Below the pieces are notes generated by a model. That model was given only the letters and a program-made list of their open reading frames with translations. It searched no databases and was not told the DNA's origin. Of a stretch of 42,384 bases of DNA, positions 23,666-32,491 are shown in pieces. The translations under genes and the position numbers were made by a program. Every line of letters begins with the position of its first letter. The first letter of the stretch is position 1. Origin of the DNA: Pseudomonadota bacterium (GTDB lineage Bacteria; Bdellovibrionota; UBA1018); the NCBI GenBank assembly GCA_039800365.1, contig JBDLQW010000031.1, positions 1 through 42,384 on the forward strand, in the 5' to 3' direction.

Positions 23666-26641
23666 GTGGAAAAAACCTCAAGCAAGTCAGACCAAACTCT
23701 GTTATTCCAGAACGCCTCTGAAAGAGTTGCCATGACCATCCGGGGGGATTCCAAAAAACCAAATGCCTTGCTCTACAAAGAGCATCTGCCGGGGCACGTG
23801 CATTCGAAGCCCGTCCCGGAAGGGGCAGCGCCCGTCGAGACCTCCGCGCAGCGGCCAGGTCTTCGCTCGTGGGTGCGTTTTTCTGAGTCGGCTGCAAGCA
23901 CAGCCGAGCCTCCCCCTTTCTCTGCGCCCCGAGGTGCGACTCTCCAGCCCCCGAGCGCAGTACCTCCTTCAAGCATCGCAACGCCTGCGGCCCCTCATCA
24001 CTCGTTCTTTGCTCCTACTTTAACGTCGCTGCTTTTGAGGATCCGACAGCACCTCGAAAACCTCCCGCAGCGCCTGCTGGACCTCAATCCCAGTCGGCGT
24101 GAAGCCATTTGCCACTACTTAGATTTCCTTGCTGGAAGCGCCCCCATCGCGCCCAATGCTGGCCGCCCGGCTCTCAACGCTACCGAACGACTTCGAACCT
24201 GGATCGACTGGCGTCACCTCAGCCCCTCACACCAACGCGCCCTTGCCGTTTTCTTTGAAGAAGTGGGTTTGATCCAGCTGGCTCAAGCGATTCTTCTGAA
24301 AGCCTGGTCGGATCGCGGCATCCGCAAATGGAAACGAGACGATCTCCTGGATCTCAACTCGGCACTCCACTTGGCGTTGCGACCCCAGGTTCCCATGGAT
24401 CGCGATGGCTGGCAGGTCACCCGACCCAATCTCTATTCTTGGTTCAAACTTCCCCATGAGCTTCAAGAATCACTTTGGGCCGAGTTCTCTTCTTGGAGAA
24501 TTCTGGACGAAGGACCAGACCTCCTGATCGGACTGATCGAATCGACGCGACAAACGTGGCCCGAGCGAGCTCGAGCCTCCGGCTTTGATGAGCGCCTCTA
24601 CACTGCGCTCTGGAATCACACTCCCGACTCGGGCTCGCCTTCAATCCTCACGCCCCGCAAACGAAGTGGTTTCAGCCCCACGCTTCGAGATGGGGCTTTA
24701 GTTCGAAGCGGTCCCTCTCAATGTTCCTGGTTTGGCTACGAGTCGAATGCCTTTTCGCTTTTTATTGGCGAATTGAGCTTACTGTGGTGGGGGCCCTCAG
24801 CTCCGGCGTGCTGGAGCGTAGGATCAGGTCTCGAAGTTCCACTCACTTCTCAGCTCTCGCTCAATATTCCGACCACAGGAAAACCCCTGGTAGGCCAAAG
24901 AATTCAAGAAATGGAAGCCTGCGATATCGCCTGGGTGCAGGAAGAAGCCGTCATCCGGGGACATCACCGATCCATCGAGGCACAAACCTTTCGAGAAGCA
25001 GCCGATTCGAATCCTGCGCTGAAACGCTTACGTACCGGTGGCACCAGCTGCGGTCACTTGCAGGCTTGCGTCTCGATGACCAAGCTTCGCCCGGGGGGCC
25101 TGCTCTGGTGGCTCCGCCAAGAGCCCCTTCACGCATCTGATGGCTCTGAAGCACTTCAGTTCCTCCTCGACCGCGGCAAGCTCGTCGCCGAATGGGACTT
25201 CTCTGGTCTGACCCTCGGGTTTCCGCAAAATAGCCCAAAGCCTGTGCTTCCTCGCTACCTCTACCTGTTCGAGCGCGAAACCGATGTTCAGAAAAAGCTC
25301 GACCATCACCCACGACGCGTTTGGATTCGAGGCCAACTCAAGAGCCAGATCGAGATTCAACCGTTGCTCGAAGAAAGCTTGAAAACGCTGAATTTCGATT
25401 CCGAAGGGCTTTCCAAGAGTGTCTCGGAAGATTCTAAAGCGCCCAAAAAATCCTGGCAGATTCTGGTACAGCAGCATCCCCTTCCGCAGCGTGAATGGGC
25501 CGATCACTGGCCTGAAACTTCAGAAAACCAAGAGCTCGAAGAAGTGCAAGAGCTCAAGCGCCACTCACAGCCGCTCGCGTCGTTCGCCAATATCCGTAGG
25601 GGAATCGCCATCGCCTCGCCCTCTGCGCCTGCCTCTGCTCCGTGGCCAGCACGCAAGCCTTCCCCTCGGGGTTTTGTCATTCGGCCTCATTTTGACGGCA
25701 AAACTCGAAGCTTGAAAACCGAAGGTCTGCCTGCACCCGGCTCGATTCGATCGAATGCTTCAGCTCTGGTTCAAGACACCGATTGTTTCACGCTTTTCGT
25801 AGCCGATGAAGCTCTCGTAGCGCCTCTTCGATTTTTCCTCGAATCAGAACTGGTTCGCACTTGGCTCGACCACAAGGCCGCCCGAAAAAATCATCGTTGG
25901 GTCTTGAAAGAGCAAGATCTGAGAATTCTTCCGATTCCCGAACGACTTTTAGATGAAGCAAGCCCCAACCCCAAAAGCCTAGAGGCGAGCTTTGCCTTAC
26001 CCTTGCCAGGAAAGTGGGAAAAGCTCGCAGCCGATCTCGCCATCGCCCCTCAAAAGGTGCGTGAAGAGCTTCAACGTCTTGAAACTGAAGGACGGGATCA
26101 TCCGTTGGATACGAGCGGGGGCAAAACCAGCATTCGTATCCGAAGCGCCGTCTATGTTCGGGCCAGCCGAGTGCTCCAGGATCTGAAAGCGGCACAAGCG
26201 CAAATGGCCCATTTCATTTTGCCTGAAGGAAAAATCCTCTGGAAAGAACTGATCGGAACGCTCAGTCCACAAGACTTCGTGCCGATCTCGGTGCACCCGT
26301 TGCTAACGATTCGGGGTCAGATGCCGCTTCAAACTCCGATCACACATCTGTCAACGGTCAAGGCCCCTCAAGGCATTCTCATGGCAACCGAGGCCGGTCA
26401 TCAACTGGGCCTCGAAATTCCAAATCGACTTTTGATGGAAATTCTCTGGGATCAAATTCAGGCCTTAGATCGGCCGACCTGGAGCGAAATCGTTGAATAT
26501 GTTCGCGCTCCGCGCCGCTTAGAGACGCTCGAAGCGCGCGCCGCTGACTTGCTTCGAATTCAAGGTGAACATCAAAACCTGATTCAACACCTCTCCGGCA
26601 TTTTGCTCGACACGCTTCCTGCTCTGATCGAAGCACAATAA
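23666..26641 (+). CDS. large protein with degenerate N6-adenine DNA-methyltransferase-like core and TaqI-C-like specificity region
   Basis: 991-aa ORF (GTG 23666; first ATG 22 codons later). KLRPGGLLWWLRQEPL...ALQFLLDRGKLVAEWDF resembles the post-motif-IV LKPGG segment of Eco57I/TaqI-type MTases. LFVADEALVAPLRFFLESELVRTWL...LRILPIP resembles their C-terminal specificity domain. The expected NPPY position reads DIAWVQEEAV. Confidence 0.65.
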   Translation: MEKTSSKSDQTLLFQNASERVAMTIRGDSKKPNALLYKEHLPGHVHSKPVPEGAAPVETSAQRPGLRSWVRFSESAASTAEPPPFSAPRGATLQPPSAVPPSSIATPAAPHHSFFAPTLTSLLLRIRQHLENLPQRLLDLNPSRREAICHYLDFLAGSAPIAPNAGRPALNATERLRTWIDWRHLSPSHQRALAVFFEEVGLIQLAQAILLKAWSDRGIRKWKRDDLLDLNSALHLALRPQVPMDRDGWQVTRPNLYSWFKLPHELQESLWAEFSSWRILDEGPDLLIGLIESTRQTWPERARASGFDERLYTALWNHTPDSGSPSILTPRKRSGFSPTLRDGALVRSGPSQCSWFGYESNAFSLFIGELSLLWWGPSAPACWSVGSGLEVPLTSQLSLNIPTTGKPLVGQRIQEMEACDIAWVQEEAVIRGHHRSIEAQTFREAADSNPALKRLRTGGTSCGHLQACVSMTKLRPGGLLWWLRQEPLHASDGSEALQFLLDRGKLVAEWDFSGLTLGFPQNSPKPVLPRYLYLFERETDVQKKLDHHPRRVWIRGQLKSQIEIQPLLEESLKTLNFDSEGLSKSVSEDSKAPKKSWQILVQQHPLPQREWADHWPETSENQELEEVQELKRHSQPLASFANIRRGIAIASPSAPASAPWPARKPSPRGFVIRPHFDGKTRSLKTEGLPAPGSIRSNASALVQDTDCFTLFVADEALVAPLRFFLESELVRTWLDHKAARKNHRWVLKEQDLRILPIPERLLDEASPNPKSLEASFALPLPGKWEKLAADLAIAPQKVREELQRLETEGRDHPLDTSGGKTSIRIRSAVYVRASRVLQDLKAAQAQMAHFILPEGKILWKELIGTLSPQDFVPISVHPLLTIRGQMPLQTPITHLSTVKAPQGILMATEAGHQLGLEIPNRLLMEILWDQIQALDRPTWSEIVEYVRAPRRLETLEARAADLLRIQGEHQNLIQHLSGILLDTLPALIEAQ

Positions 26642-26667
26642 GGTTCAACAGCGCACTGGCCATCTGA

Positions 26668-28506
26668 TCAGATGGTTTGCCGCTTACTCGAGTGAAGCTT
26701 TTGAGAAGCTAAAAGAGACACCCACTCCCAGTACCGGACTTCAGCGGGCCGCCAACGACGATCGGTCGCCGCCCACGCCAGGTCGCGAACTTGATCGATC
26801 GCAAGATCGCCCTGAAGCAAAGCCCGATGAAGCAATTTGCCGAGAATCTGACCGAGGTACCGTGATGCCAACCAAAGCGCCAGACGCGGCTGCACTGACG
26901 CGCTTCCACGGATGCTCAAAATCTGCTCAGCGATCTCCGCCATGCCTACTGCATCTGCAGGAACAGGGGTGCGGCGATGTCGCACGCGTCGGCTACGCTC
27001 TAAGAAGCGCGCTTGCTCTTCAAGACCTGCAAGCGTGAACAGGCGAGCTTGCTTCTCATGCCAGGGTTCATCGCTTGATCGAAGCTCTTGATACCGATGT
27101 AAATGGTCCTCAGGCAAATCGCACTTTCGCCGCGGGTTAACGAGCAGGCTTCCGAAAAAGCCAAAAGCTTGGTCCATCACCGCCTGAAAAAAGGAGTCTG
27201 GGGTCTCACCGAAAAAGGGCGCGCGCGGCGATTGCCCCTTGGCCACGATAATCGCCGCTAACTCGGCAGCGCCATTCAGTGAGGGCGTACCAAGATAGAC
27301 CAACCCCGTTTTAGGGACAAAGAACCTCAGATTGCGACTCACCAGTTCTTCGATCAGCTTTCGCTCGCCTAGAGCAAGCCGCTGCTCGCTAGCCAGTGAA
27401 TCGACAAAGTCGGCACTGTAAACGCTCTGCACGGTTAGGCTCTCAAAATCGGTAGCGGGAAGCTTCAAAAAATCCGAAATCGCGTCGCCAAATACCTGCA
27501 TTCTCGAAAGCGCATCACTCTCAAGATCGCACAAAAACTCATCATCATCGGCCTCGGGCCCTCCGGAGAGAGCTCGTCCACCCGAGTGCAAACGCAAGGG
27601 GCCAGACTGCGGAAAACGCTCGGCATCAGTACCCACTCCCTCGACCCAGCTCACGAGTGACTGAAGCTTGTTCCAGGGCGTGCTCGAAATGACATGAAAA
27701 TTACGTGAATCCAATCGCCAAACATCGGCCAAGTGCTCTGCCCCTTTTCGAGCAAGCTTCCAATAAAGCGAGTCGTTATTCTGATGAACCACCACCCAAG
27801 AGAGGGGCTTTCCCAGCTCTCGGCGAGAGATCTCATCGAGGCTCGATGGCAAATGAGGGCGCCCCACGTGCAGCTCACCATACAGAACGACAATTCGCGG
27901 TCGAGCACTTCCGACCTTCAAACTCGCGAACTGATCGGTCAGCACTCCCGCAGCCCAACGATCGCGCTCACGAAGATCGCCACCACGACTCTCCTCGAGC
28001 CAGGATGGAAATTCACGTGGCCGATTGAGTGCCAGCATGCGAACACCATTGCGACGCGCCCAATCCAACAACGGCGCATAGTTGCTCCAAGGAAAGCCCC
28101 ACTCTTCGCGGTACCGAATCTTCTCTAAGAAAGTGGCCGCATCCATGACTCCTGACTGATACGCATCGAGCTCGGCCTGTCGATGACTGGGCACGAATTC
28201 AAGTCCCAAGACCCAGTACTCTCCTTCACGAACGGCATCCTGAACCAAACGCAGCGCCGTTCGTTGAGCCTGACCCAAAGTGTGGTAATCGGCGATGAAA
28301 GTCACATCGGCTTCGCGCATTCGCAACGAGAGATCTCGTCTCGAGCTGGGTAGCAAACGCGCTGAGGATCTGCGAAAAGCCAGTTGATACGACCGCTCAT
28401 ATTTGACGATCGATCGAGGCAGCTCACCTACCAACCGGGCAGCCTCGGTCTGCAACGACTCGAAAATATTTTGCTGTAAGCGCAAGAGACGCCGACGAGC
28501 TCTCAT
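26668..28506 (-). CDS. cytoplasmic ChaN/Tiki-superfamily domain protein with ~320-aa C-terminal extension
   Basis: 612-aa ORF with no signal peptide. ChaN-like pattern: VTFIADYHTLGQAQ, VLGLEFVPSHRQAELDAYQSG, WGFPWSNYAPLLDWARRNGVRMLALN and VVLYGELHVG. ATGA overlap with the upstream gene. Confidence 0.65.
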   Translation of the reverse strand: MRARRRLLRLQQNIFESLQTEAARLVGELPRSIVKYERSYQLAFRRSSARLLPSSRRDLSLRMREADVTFIADYHTLGQAQRTALRLVQDAVREGEYWVLGLEFVPSHRQAELDAYQSGVMDAATFLEKIRYREEWGFPWSNYAPLLDWARRNGVRMLALNRPREFPSWLEESRGGDLRERDRWAAGVLTDQFASLKVGSARPRIVVLYGELHVGRPHLPSSLDEISRRELGKPLSWVVVHQNNDSLYWKLARKGAEHLADVWRLDSRNFHVISSTPWNKLQSLVSWVEGVGTDAERFPQSGPLRLHSGGRALSGGPEADDDEFLCDLESDALSRMQVFGDAISDFLKLPATDFESLTVQSVYSADFVDSLASEQRLALGERKLIEELVSRNLRFFVPKTGLVYLGTPSLNGAAELAAIIVAKGQSPRAPFFGETPDSFFQAVMDQAFGFFGSLLVNPRRKCDLPEDHLHRYQELRSSDEPWHEKQARLFTLAGLEEQARFLERSRRVRHRRTPVPADAVGMAEIAEQILSIRGSASVQPRLALWLASRYLGQILGKLLHRALLQGDLAIDQVRDLAWAATDRRWRPAEVRYWEWVSLLASQKLHSSKRQTI

Positions 28507-29291
28507 GCCAGAGCCCCGCTTACCAGCGCCACGCGACAGGCCTCGGTAGCAGTCTTAGGACCTAAGCGGCGAAACTCGCAGTCGAGGTGCCAGGCGGCCG
28601 CAAAACCGTGAAACCAATCTCGCTGACGCTCGCACAAAAAATCGGCCACTTGCCGATCTTCCCTCAGCAGCAAATCGCGGTGTGGGCAAACCTCTGGAAT
28701 CCAAATGACCTCATGAGGCGTCTCGCGCTCAAAAAGAGGCCTTCGCACTGCAGGAGCATCGACACAGCCCCAGGCGCTATGATGCCAATAAAGCACCACC
28801 GAAGACAGCGACGGAGCATCGTACCCCCGACGATCAGCGTCCTCACTCTTCGCAAAAAGGCGCCTCGAGTGCTTCTCTCCCCCACCAAAAAACCTGAGCG
28901 CCGCGTGAGCTCCCTGATCGCGGGCAATCTCGCTAGAGCGCAGCCGCGCCGAGTGAATTGCCGGATGAGAGGCCACCCAAAGCTCATGCTTGCGAACTTC
29001 AACAGCCAACTCTGCCAGAGCCTCCTGAACGCTCACTCGCCCAACACTGATCTCGCACCAACGAGAAAAAACAACCTCGCCACCTGCCCTATCGGGAAGC
29101 TCATCAAAAGAAAATTCGGGCAGCGATGCCAGCGCTAAAAAGCCCCGAGAAGACGTTTGAAAGGCACCCAGCAACTGGGGAGATAAGTGCTGCAACCAGG
29201 CGCGAGAAAGCCGATGCCGCTCAAGAATCCTCAGAAAAAAATCGATTTCTAGCCAAAGCGGACGACGCTCAGACCACGGCGACTCACGCAT
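28503..29291 (-). CDS. hypothetical protein (His/Trp/Cys-containing, no recognised family)
   Basis: The ORF runs to 29330 (275 aa). ATG 29291 has the best SD (AGGA 8 nt upstream) and overlaps the regulator stop by 8 nt. Sits between the sigma54 regulator and the ChaN-like gene. Confidence 0.55.
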   Translation of the reverse strand: MRESPWSERRPLWLEIDFFLRILERHRLSRAWLQHLSPQLLGAFQTSSRGFLALASLPEFSFDELPDRAGGEVVFSRWCEISVGRVSVQEALAELAVEVRKHELWVASHPAIHSARLRSSEIARDQGAHAALRFFGGGEKHSRRLFAKSEDADRRGYDAPSLSSVVLYWHHSAWGCVDAPAVRRPLFERETPHEVIWIPEVCPHRDLLLREDRQVADFLCERQRDWFHGFAAAWHLDCEFRRLGPKTATEACRVALVSGALA

Positions 29292-30669
29292 GCGGAGCAT
29301 CCTGGGCGCCATCCGGTAGAACCGAGGCATCCTCTCGGCGATCCAACTTTCGATAAATGGTTCGAGAGGTGATGCCTAAAAGACGAGCGGTCATCGCCTT
29401 ATCACCATCGGTGGCCTCGAGAGTCCGACGAATCAAAAGATCCTCGACATCTTTCAAGGCCGTTCCAATCGGAACCGAGATGCTCTCTCCCATCACTGGT
29501 CGCGAAGAGCGGCCAGCAGATAGCGCTCCGCTCAGCGTGGCTGGCAAGTCCTCGGGTTGAATCCATTCGTGCGTCGTAAGCACCACCGCGCGTTCAACAG
29601 CATTCGAGAGCTCACGCACGTTTCCGGGCCAGGGGTGCGCCTGAATAAACTGCAGGGCCTCTTCAGAAAACCCTAAGACTCGCTTTCCGTGCCGCTCGCG
29701 CGACTGCTCGAGAAACCCCTGAGCCAAGGGTCGAATCTCTTCAGGTCGCTCTCGCAAGGGAGGCACGTTTAAGACAATCACTTCTAAGCGATAAAGCAGG
29801 TCTTCACGAAATCTGCCGCAGGCAACGAGCTCGCGTAAATTTTGGTGGGTGGCGCCAATGACTCGAACATCGACGCGAACCGACCGCGTAGAACCCAGCC
29901 TCCGAATCTCGCTTTCCTGCAGAACACGCAAAAGCTTCGATTGAAGCACCAGGGGCATGTCGCCAATCTCATCCAGCAGAATCGAACCCCCATTTGCGGC
30001 TTCGAACAGGCCCATCTTCGCATGGTCTGCTCCTGAGAAGGCTCCTTTTTCGAAACCAAAGAGCTCCGACTCCAGTAAATTCTCTGGAATGGCAGCGCAA
30101 TTAAGCGCAATGAACGGGTGAGAGCGCCGAGCGCTGAGCTCATGCAGTTGTCGGGCGATTCGCTCCTTGCCCACTCCGCTCTCACCCATCACGAGCACGG
30201 TAGCTTGGGTTTGGGCCACTTTTTCAATCTGATGGCGGAGCGCATTCATCGAGCTAGCGATCTCACCAGCACTACTCATCGTAGCCTCAGAAAAATGAGG
30301 CGCACGCGCCAACGCAGCTGCCATGGCATCCAGAAGCTGCTTTTTCTTGAAAGGCTTCAGAAGGAAATCGACTGCGCCGAGCTTCATCGCCCAGACAGCA
30401 TCCTCGACTCCACCAAATGCCGTCATCAACACCACCGGAATTCGACAGGAAATCACTGATAACGACTTAAGAAAATCGATTCCTGTCATTCTTGGCATTC
30501 GCAAGTCGGTAAGAATCGCATGAATCGTCTCAGCCCCCTTCGAGCGAATTCGCTCCAGGGCGCTCTCGCCATCGCTGGCTGTAATCACTTCATAGCCTGC
30601 CCACTCTAAAATGCGACGAGAGGACTCGAGTCCTTGAGGATCATCATCGACAACGAGAATCCGCTTCAT
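29284..30669 (-). CDS. sigma54-dependent response regulator (NtrC family: REC + AAA+ + Fis-type HTH)
   Basis: REC domain (VVDDDP ... LTDLRMP ... KP). AAA+ with Walker A GESGVGKE, ESELFGFEKGAFSGA (GAFTGA variant), LLDEIGDMP and FREDLLYRL. C-terminal HTH ARLLGITSRTIYRKL. Confidence 0.92.
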   Translation of the reverse strand: MKRILVVDDDPQGLESSRRILEWAGYEVITASDGESALERIRSKGAETIHAILTDLRMPRMTGIDFLKSLSVISCRIPVVLMTAFGGVEDAVWAMKLGAVDFLLKPFKKKQLLDAMAAALARAPHFSEATMSSAGEIASSMNALRHQIEKVAQTQATVLVMGESGVGKERIARQLHELSARRSHPFIALNCAAIPENLLESELFGFEKGAFSGADHAKMGLFEAANGGSILLDEIGDMPLVLQSKLLRVLQESEIRRLGSTRSVRVDVRVIGATHQNLRELVACGRFREDLLYRLEVIVLNVPPLRERPEEIRPLAQGFLEQSRERHGKRVLGFSEEALQFIQAHPWPGNVRELSNAVERAVVLTTHEWIQPEDLPATLSGALSAGRSSRPVMGESISVPIGTALKDVEDLLIRRTLEATDGDKAMTARLLGITSRTIYRKLDRREDASVLPDGAQDAPHA

Positions 30670-32423
30670 GAGCGCTCCTCCAAAATGATTTCGGGCATTC
30701 GACTCATGGTCGAGCCTTCGAAATCTAACGATGCTGGAAACGTTTTTTCAGTCGCGGCGTCAGCTGAAGGCAGCACGATCAGAAACCCTGCGCCCTGCCA
30801 TTCTTGCTCGAGACCTTGATAATCGCATTCGATGCGGCCGCCATGCTCCTCGATCACGCGCTTCACCCAAGACAGTCCCAGGCCCGTACCTTGAGCCTTG
30901 GTCGTTGCAAAAGGCTGAAATAGATTCGCTCGAACCTCTGGGGAAATTCCAGGACCATTGTCTCGAATTTTCATCCAAATCGAGCCCAACTCGGTGACTC
31001 CCAAGCTCCATTCGATTCGAGGACCGCCAGCAGCCTGCCCCTTCGCCTCGACAGCTTGTAATGCGTTGTTCATCAGGTTGCCCAGTGCCTGCTCGATCTC
31101 GTCACGGTCGCCATGCACTTCAAGAAGCGCCCCCGATGGCCGCCGCCAATCGACACGAACCTTGCCGCTCTCACAAGCTGAAGCATAAGTTGCTAAGACC
31201 GACTCAAGAGCTTCTCCGAGATCAAAGCGGCTTTTCCTTCCCGATGACATCTTCGAGAAGTTTAAATAATTATCGGTAATGCTCGATAAACGATCGACCG
31301 ACTCAATAATCGCGCTAAGCGACTGCTTCAACCGCCAGTCGCTCGACTGCTGAACCTGCTCGAGCGCCAGTTCGGCTTCAAGTCCGATCGAATGAAGCGG
31401 GTTTCGCACTTCATGAGCCACTTGCGCCGATAAACGACCGATTGCAGCTAGCCCCTCGGCTTCTCGCAAGCGTTCGCGTAGCCGTCCGAGTTCGCGAAGC
31501 TCATGGTTTTGTACCTCGAGCATCCTCGTTTGTTCTCGAACCATTCGCTCGCGCTCGAGTAGGGCTGCTGCCATAGAATGAAACTCGCGGGCCAGCTCGC
31601 TGACCTCGTCGCGACGGCCAATCGGAAACGCTGCCAAAAGATCTTTATCCTCTCGTCGCAGGCCGCGCTCCTTGATCTCTCGAGCCAGACGAGAAAGTCG
31701 ACCGAGAGGTCCGAGTGCTCTTTCGGCAAACCACAGAAGCACCAAAGATAACAGCACCATCGAGCATAACGAAAGCTGAAGACCTGTTCTCAAAACATCG
31801 ATTCGTGCCTGGGTCTTTTCGAAAACTTCACGAGAGAGACGATCCCATTCAGCGCCCATCCGCTGAGTACCTTGCGTCCAGCTCAGAAGCTCGCGATTCC
31901 AACGAGGATACTCTTCTGAAGCACGAGTCAGATCACCCGAATTCAAGGCAGAAGCCAAGGACTGGCTCCTGGCCTCGATTCGCTCAAGCCCCGTAGACAT
32001 TCGCGCAATTCCTGAATCGAACTGGGCGTAGACTTCTCGAAGCTCCTCCACTCGAAGTTTAGCGAGCTGAGCTCGCGTACGCTGAAGCTCATCGCGAATC
32101 GTCTCGATGATCCAGCTCGAAGAAGCGTACTTGCGTGTGCTTCCCTCATGCTCCTGACGATCCACGAGGCCCGTCCACTGCGAGTAGCCCAAGTTTTTCT
32201 CTAGATCTCGCTGATAGGCTTGCGACTGGTTGACGAGCTGCCCGAGAGATTTGCCCAGCGGAATCCATCCGGACCTCAAGGCCTCCAGCGCCTGACTGAC
32301 ACCCGCCACGCGATAAAGGGTCCAGGCAGATCCGGTCACGCTGACAAAAATCAGAAGGCCAATGAAAATGAAGACTCGGCTCCTGAGGCTCGTTCCAGTA
32401 GGTAGGCTCACCCTCTTGAGCAT
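30666..32423 (-). CDS. membrane sensor histidine kinase (periplasmic/helical sensor, HAMP, HisKA, HATPase_c)
   Basis: H-box HEVRNPLHSI, N-box LGNLMNNALQA, G1 DNGPGI and G2 GTGLGLS. HAMP-like segment after the second TM. Start taken at ATG 32423 (MLKRVSL..., then a TM). The ORF opens at GTG 32519, which would overlap the divergent gene. Confidence 0.85.
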   Translation of the reverse strand: MLKRVSLPTGTSLRSRVFIFIGLLIFVSVTGSAWTLYRVAGVSQALEALRSGWIPLGKSLGQLVNQSQAYQRDLEKNLGYSQWTGLVDRQEHEGSTRKYASSSWIIETIRDELQRTRAQLAKLRVEELREVYAQFDSGIARMSTGLERIEARSQSLASALNSGDLTRASEEYPRWNRELLSWTQGTQRMGAEWDRLSREVFEKTQARIDVLRTGLQLSLCSMVLLSLVLLWFAERALGPLGRLSRLAREIKERGLRREDKDLLAAFPIGRRDEVSELAREFHSMAAALLERERMVREQTRMLEVQNHELRELGRLRERLREAEGLAAIGRLSAQVAHEVRNPLHSIGLEAELALEQVQQSSDWRLKQSLSAIIESVDRLSSITDNYLNFSKMSSGRKSRFDLGEALESVLATYASACESGKVRVDWRRPSGALLEVHGDRDEIEQALGNLMNNALQAVEAKGQAAGGPRIEWSLGVTELGSIWMKIRDNGPGISPEVRANLFQPFATTKAQGTGLGLSWVKRVIEEHGGRIECDYQGLEQEWQGAGFLIVLPSADAATEKTFPASLDFEGSTMSRMPEIILEERS

Positions 32424-32491
32424 AAGGGATCCACACTTGGGCTCAAGTTGATAAATCGTCCTTCCGATCAGAGGTGAGAAGGACGCGATAG

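Noticed and set aside
23666-26641. Calling the 991-aa protein an active restriction-modification or BREX (PglX) methyltransferase, and the region a defence island.
   Set aside because: I found no NPPY-type motif IV and no clear SAM motif I. No nuclease, PglZ, BrxC/BrxL, helicase or other defence partner is nearby. The flanking genes are housekeeping (rsmD, coaD) and signalling genes.
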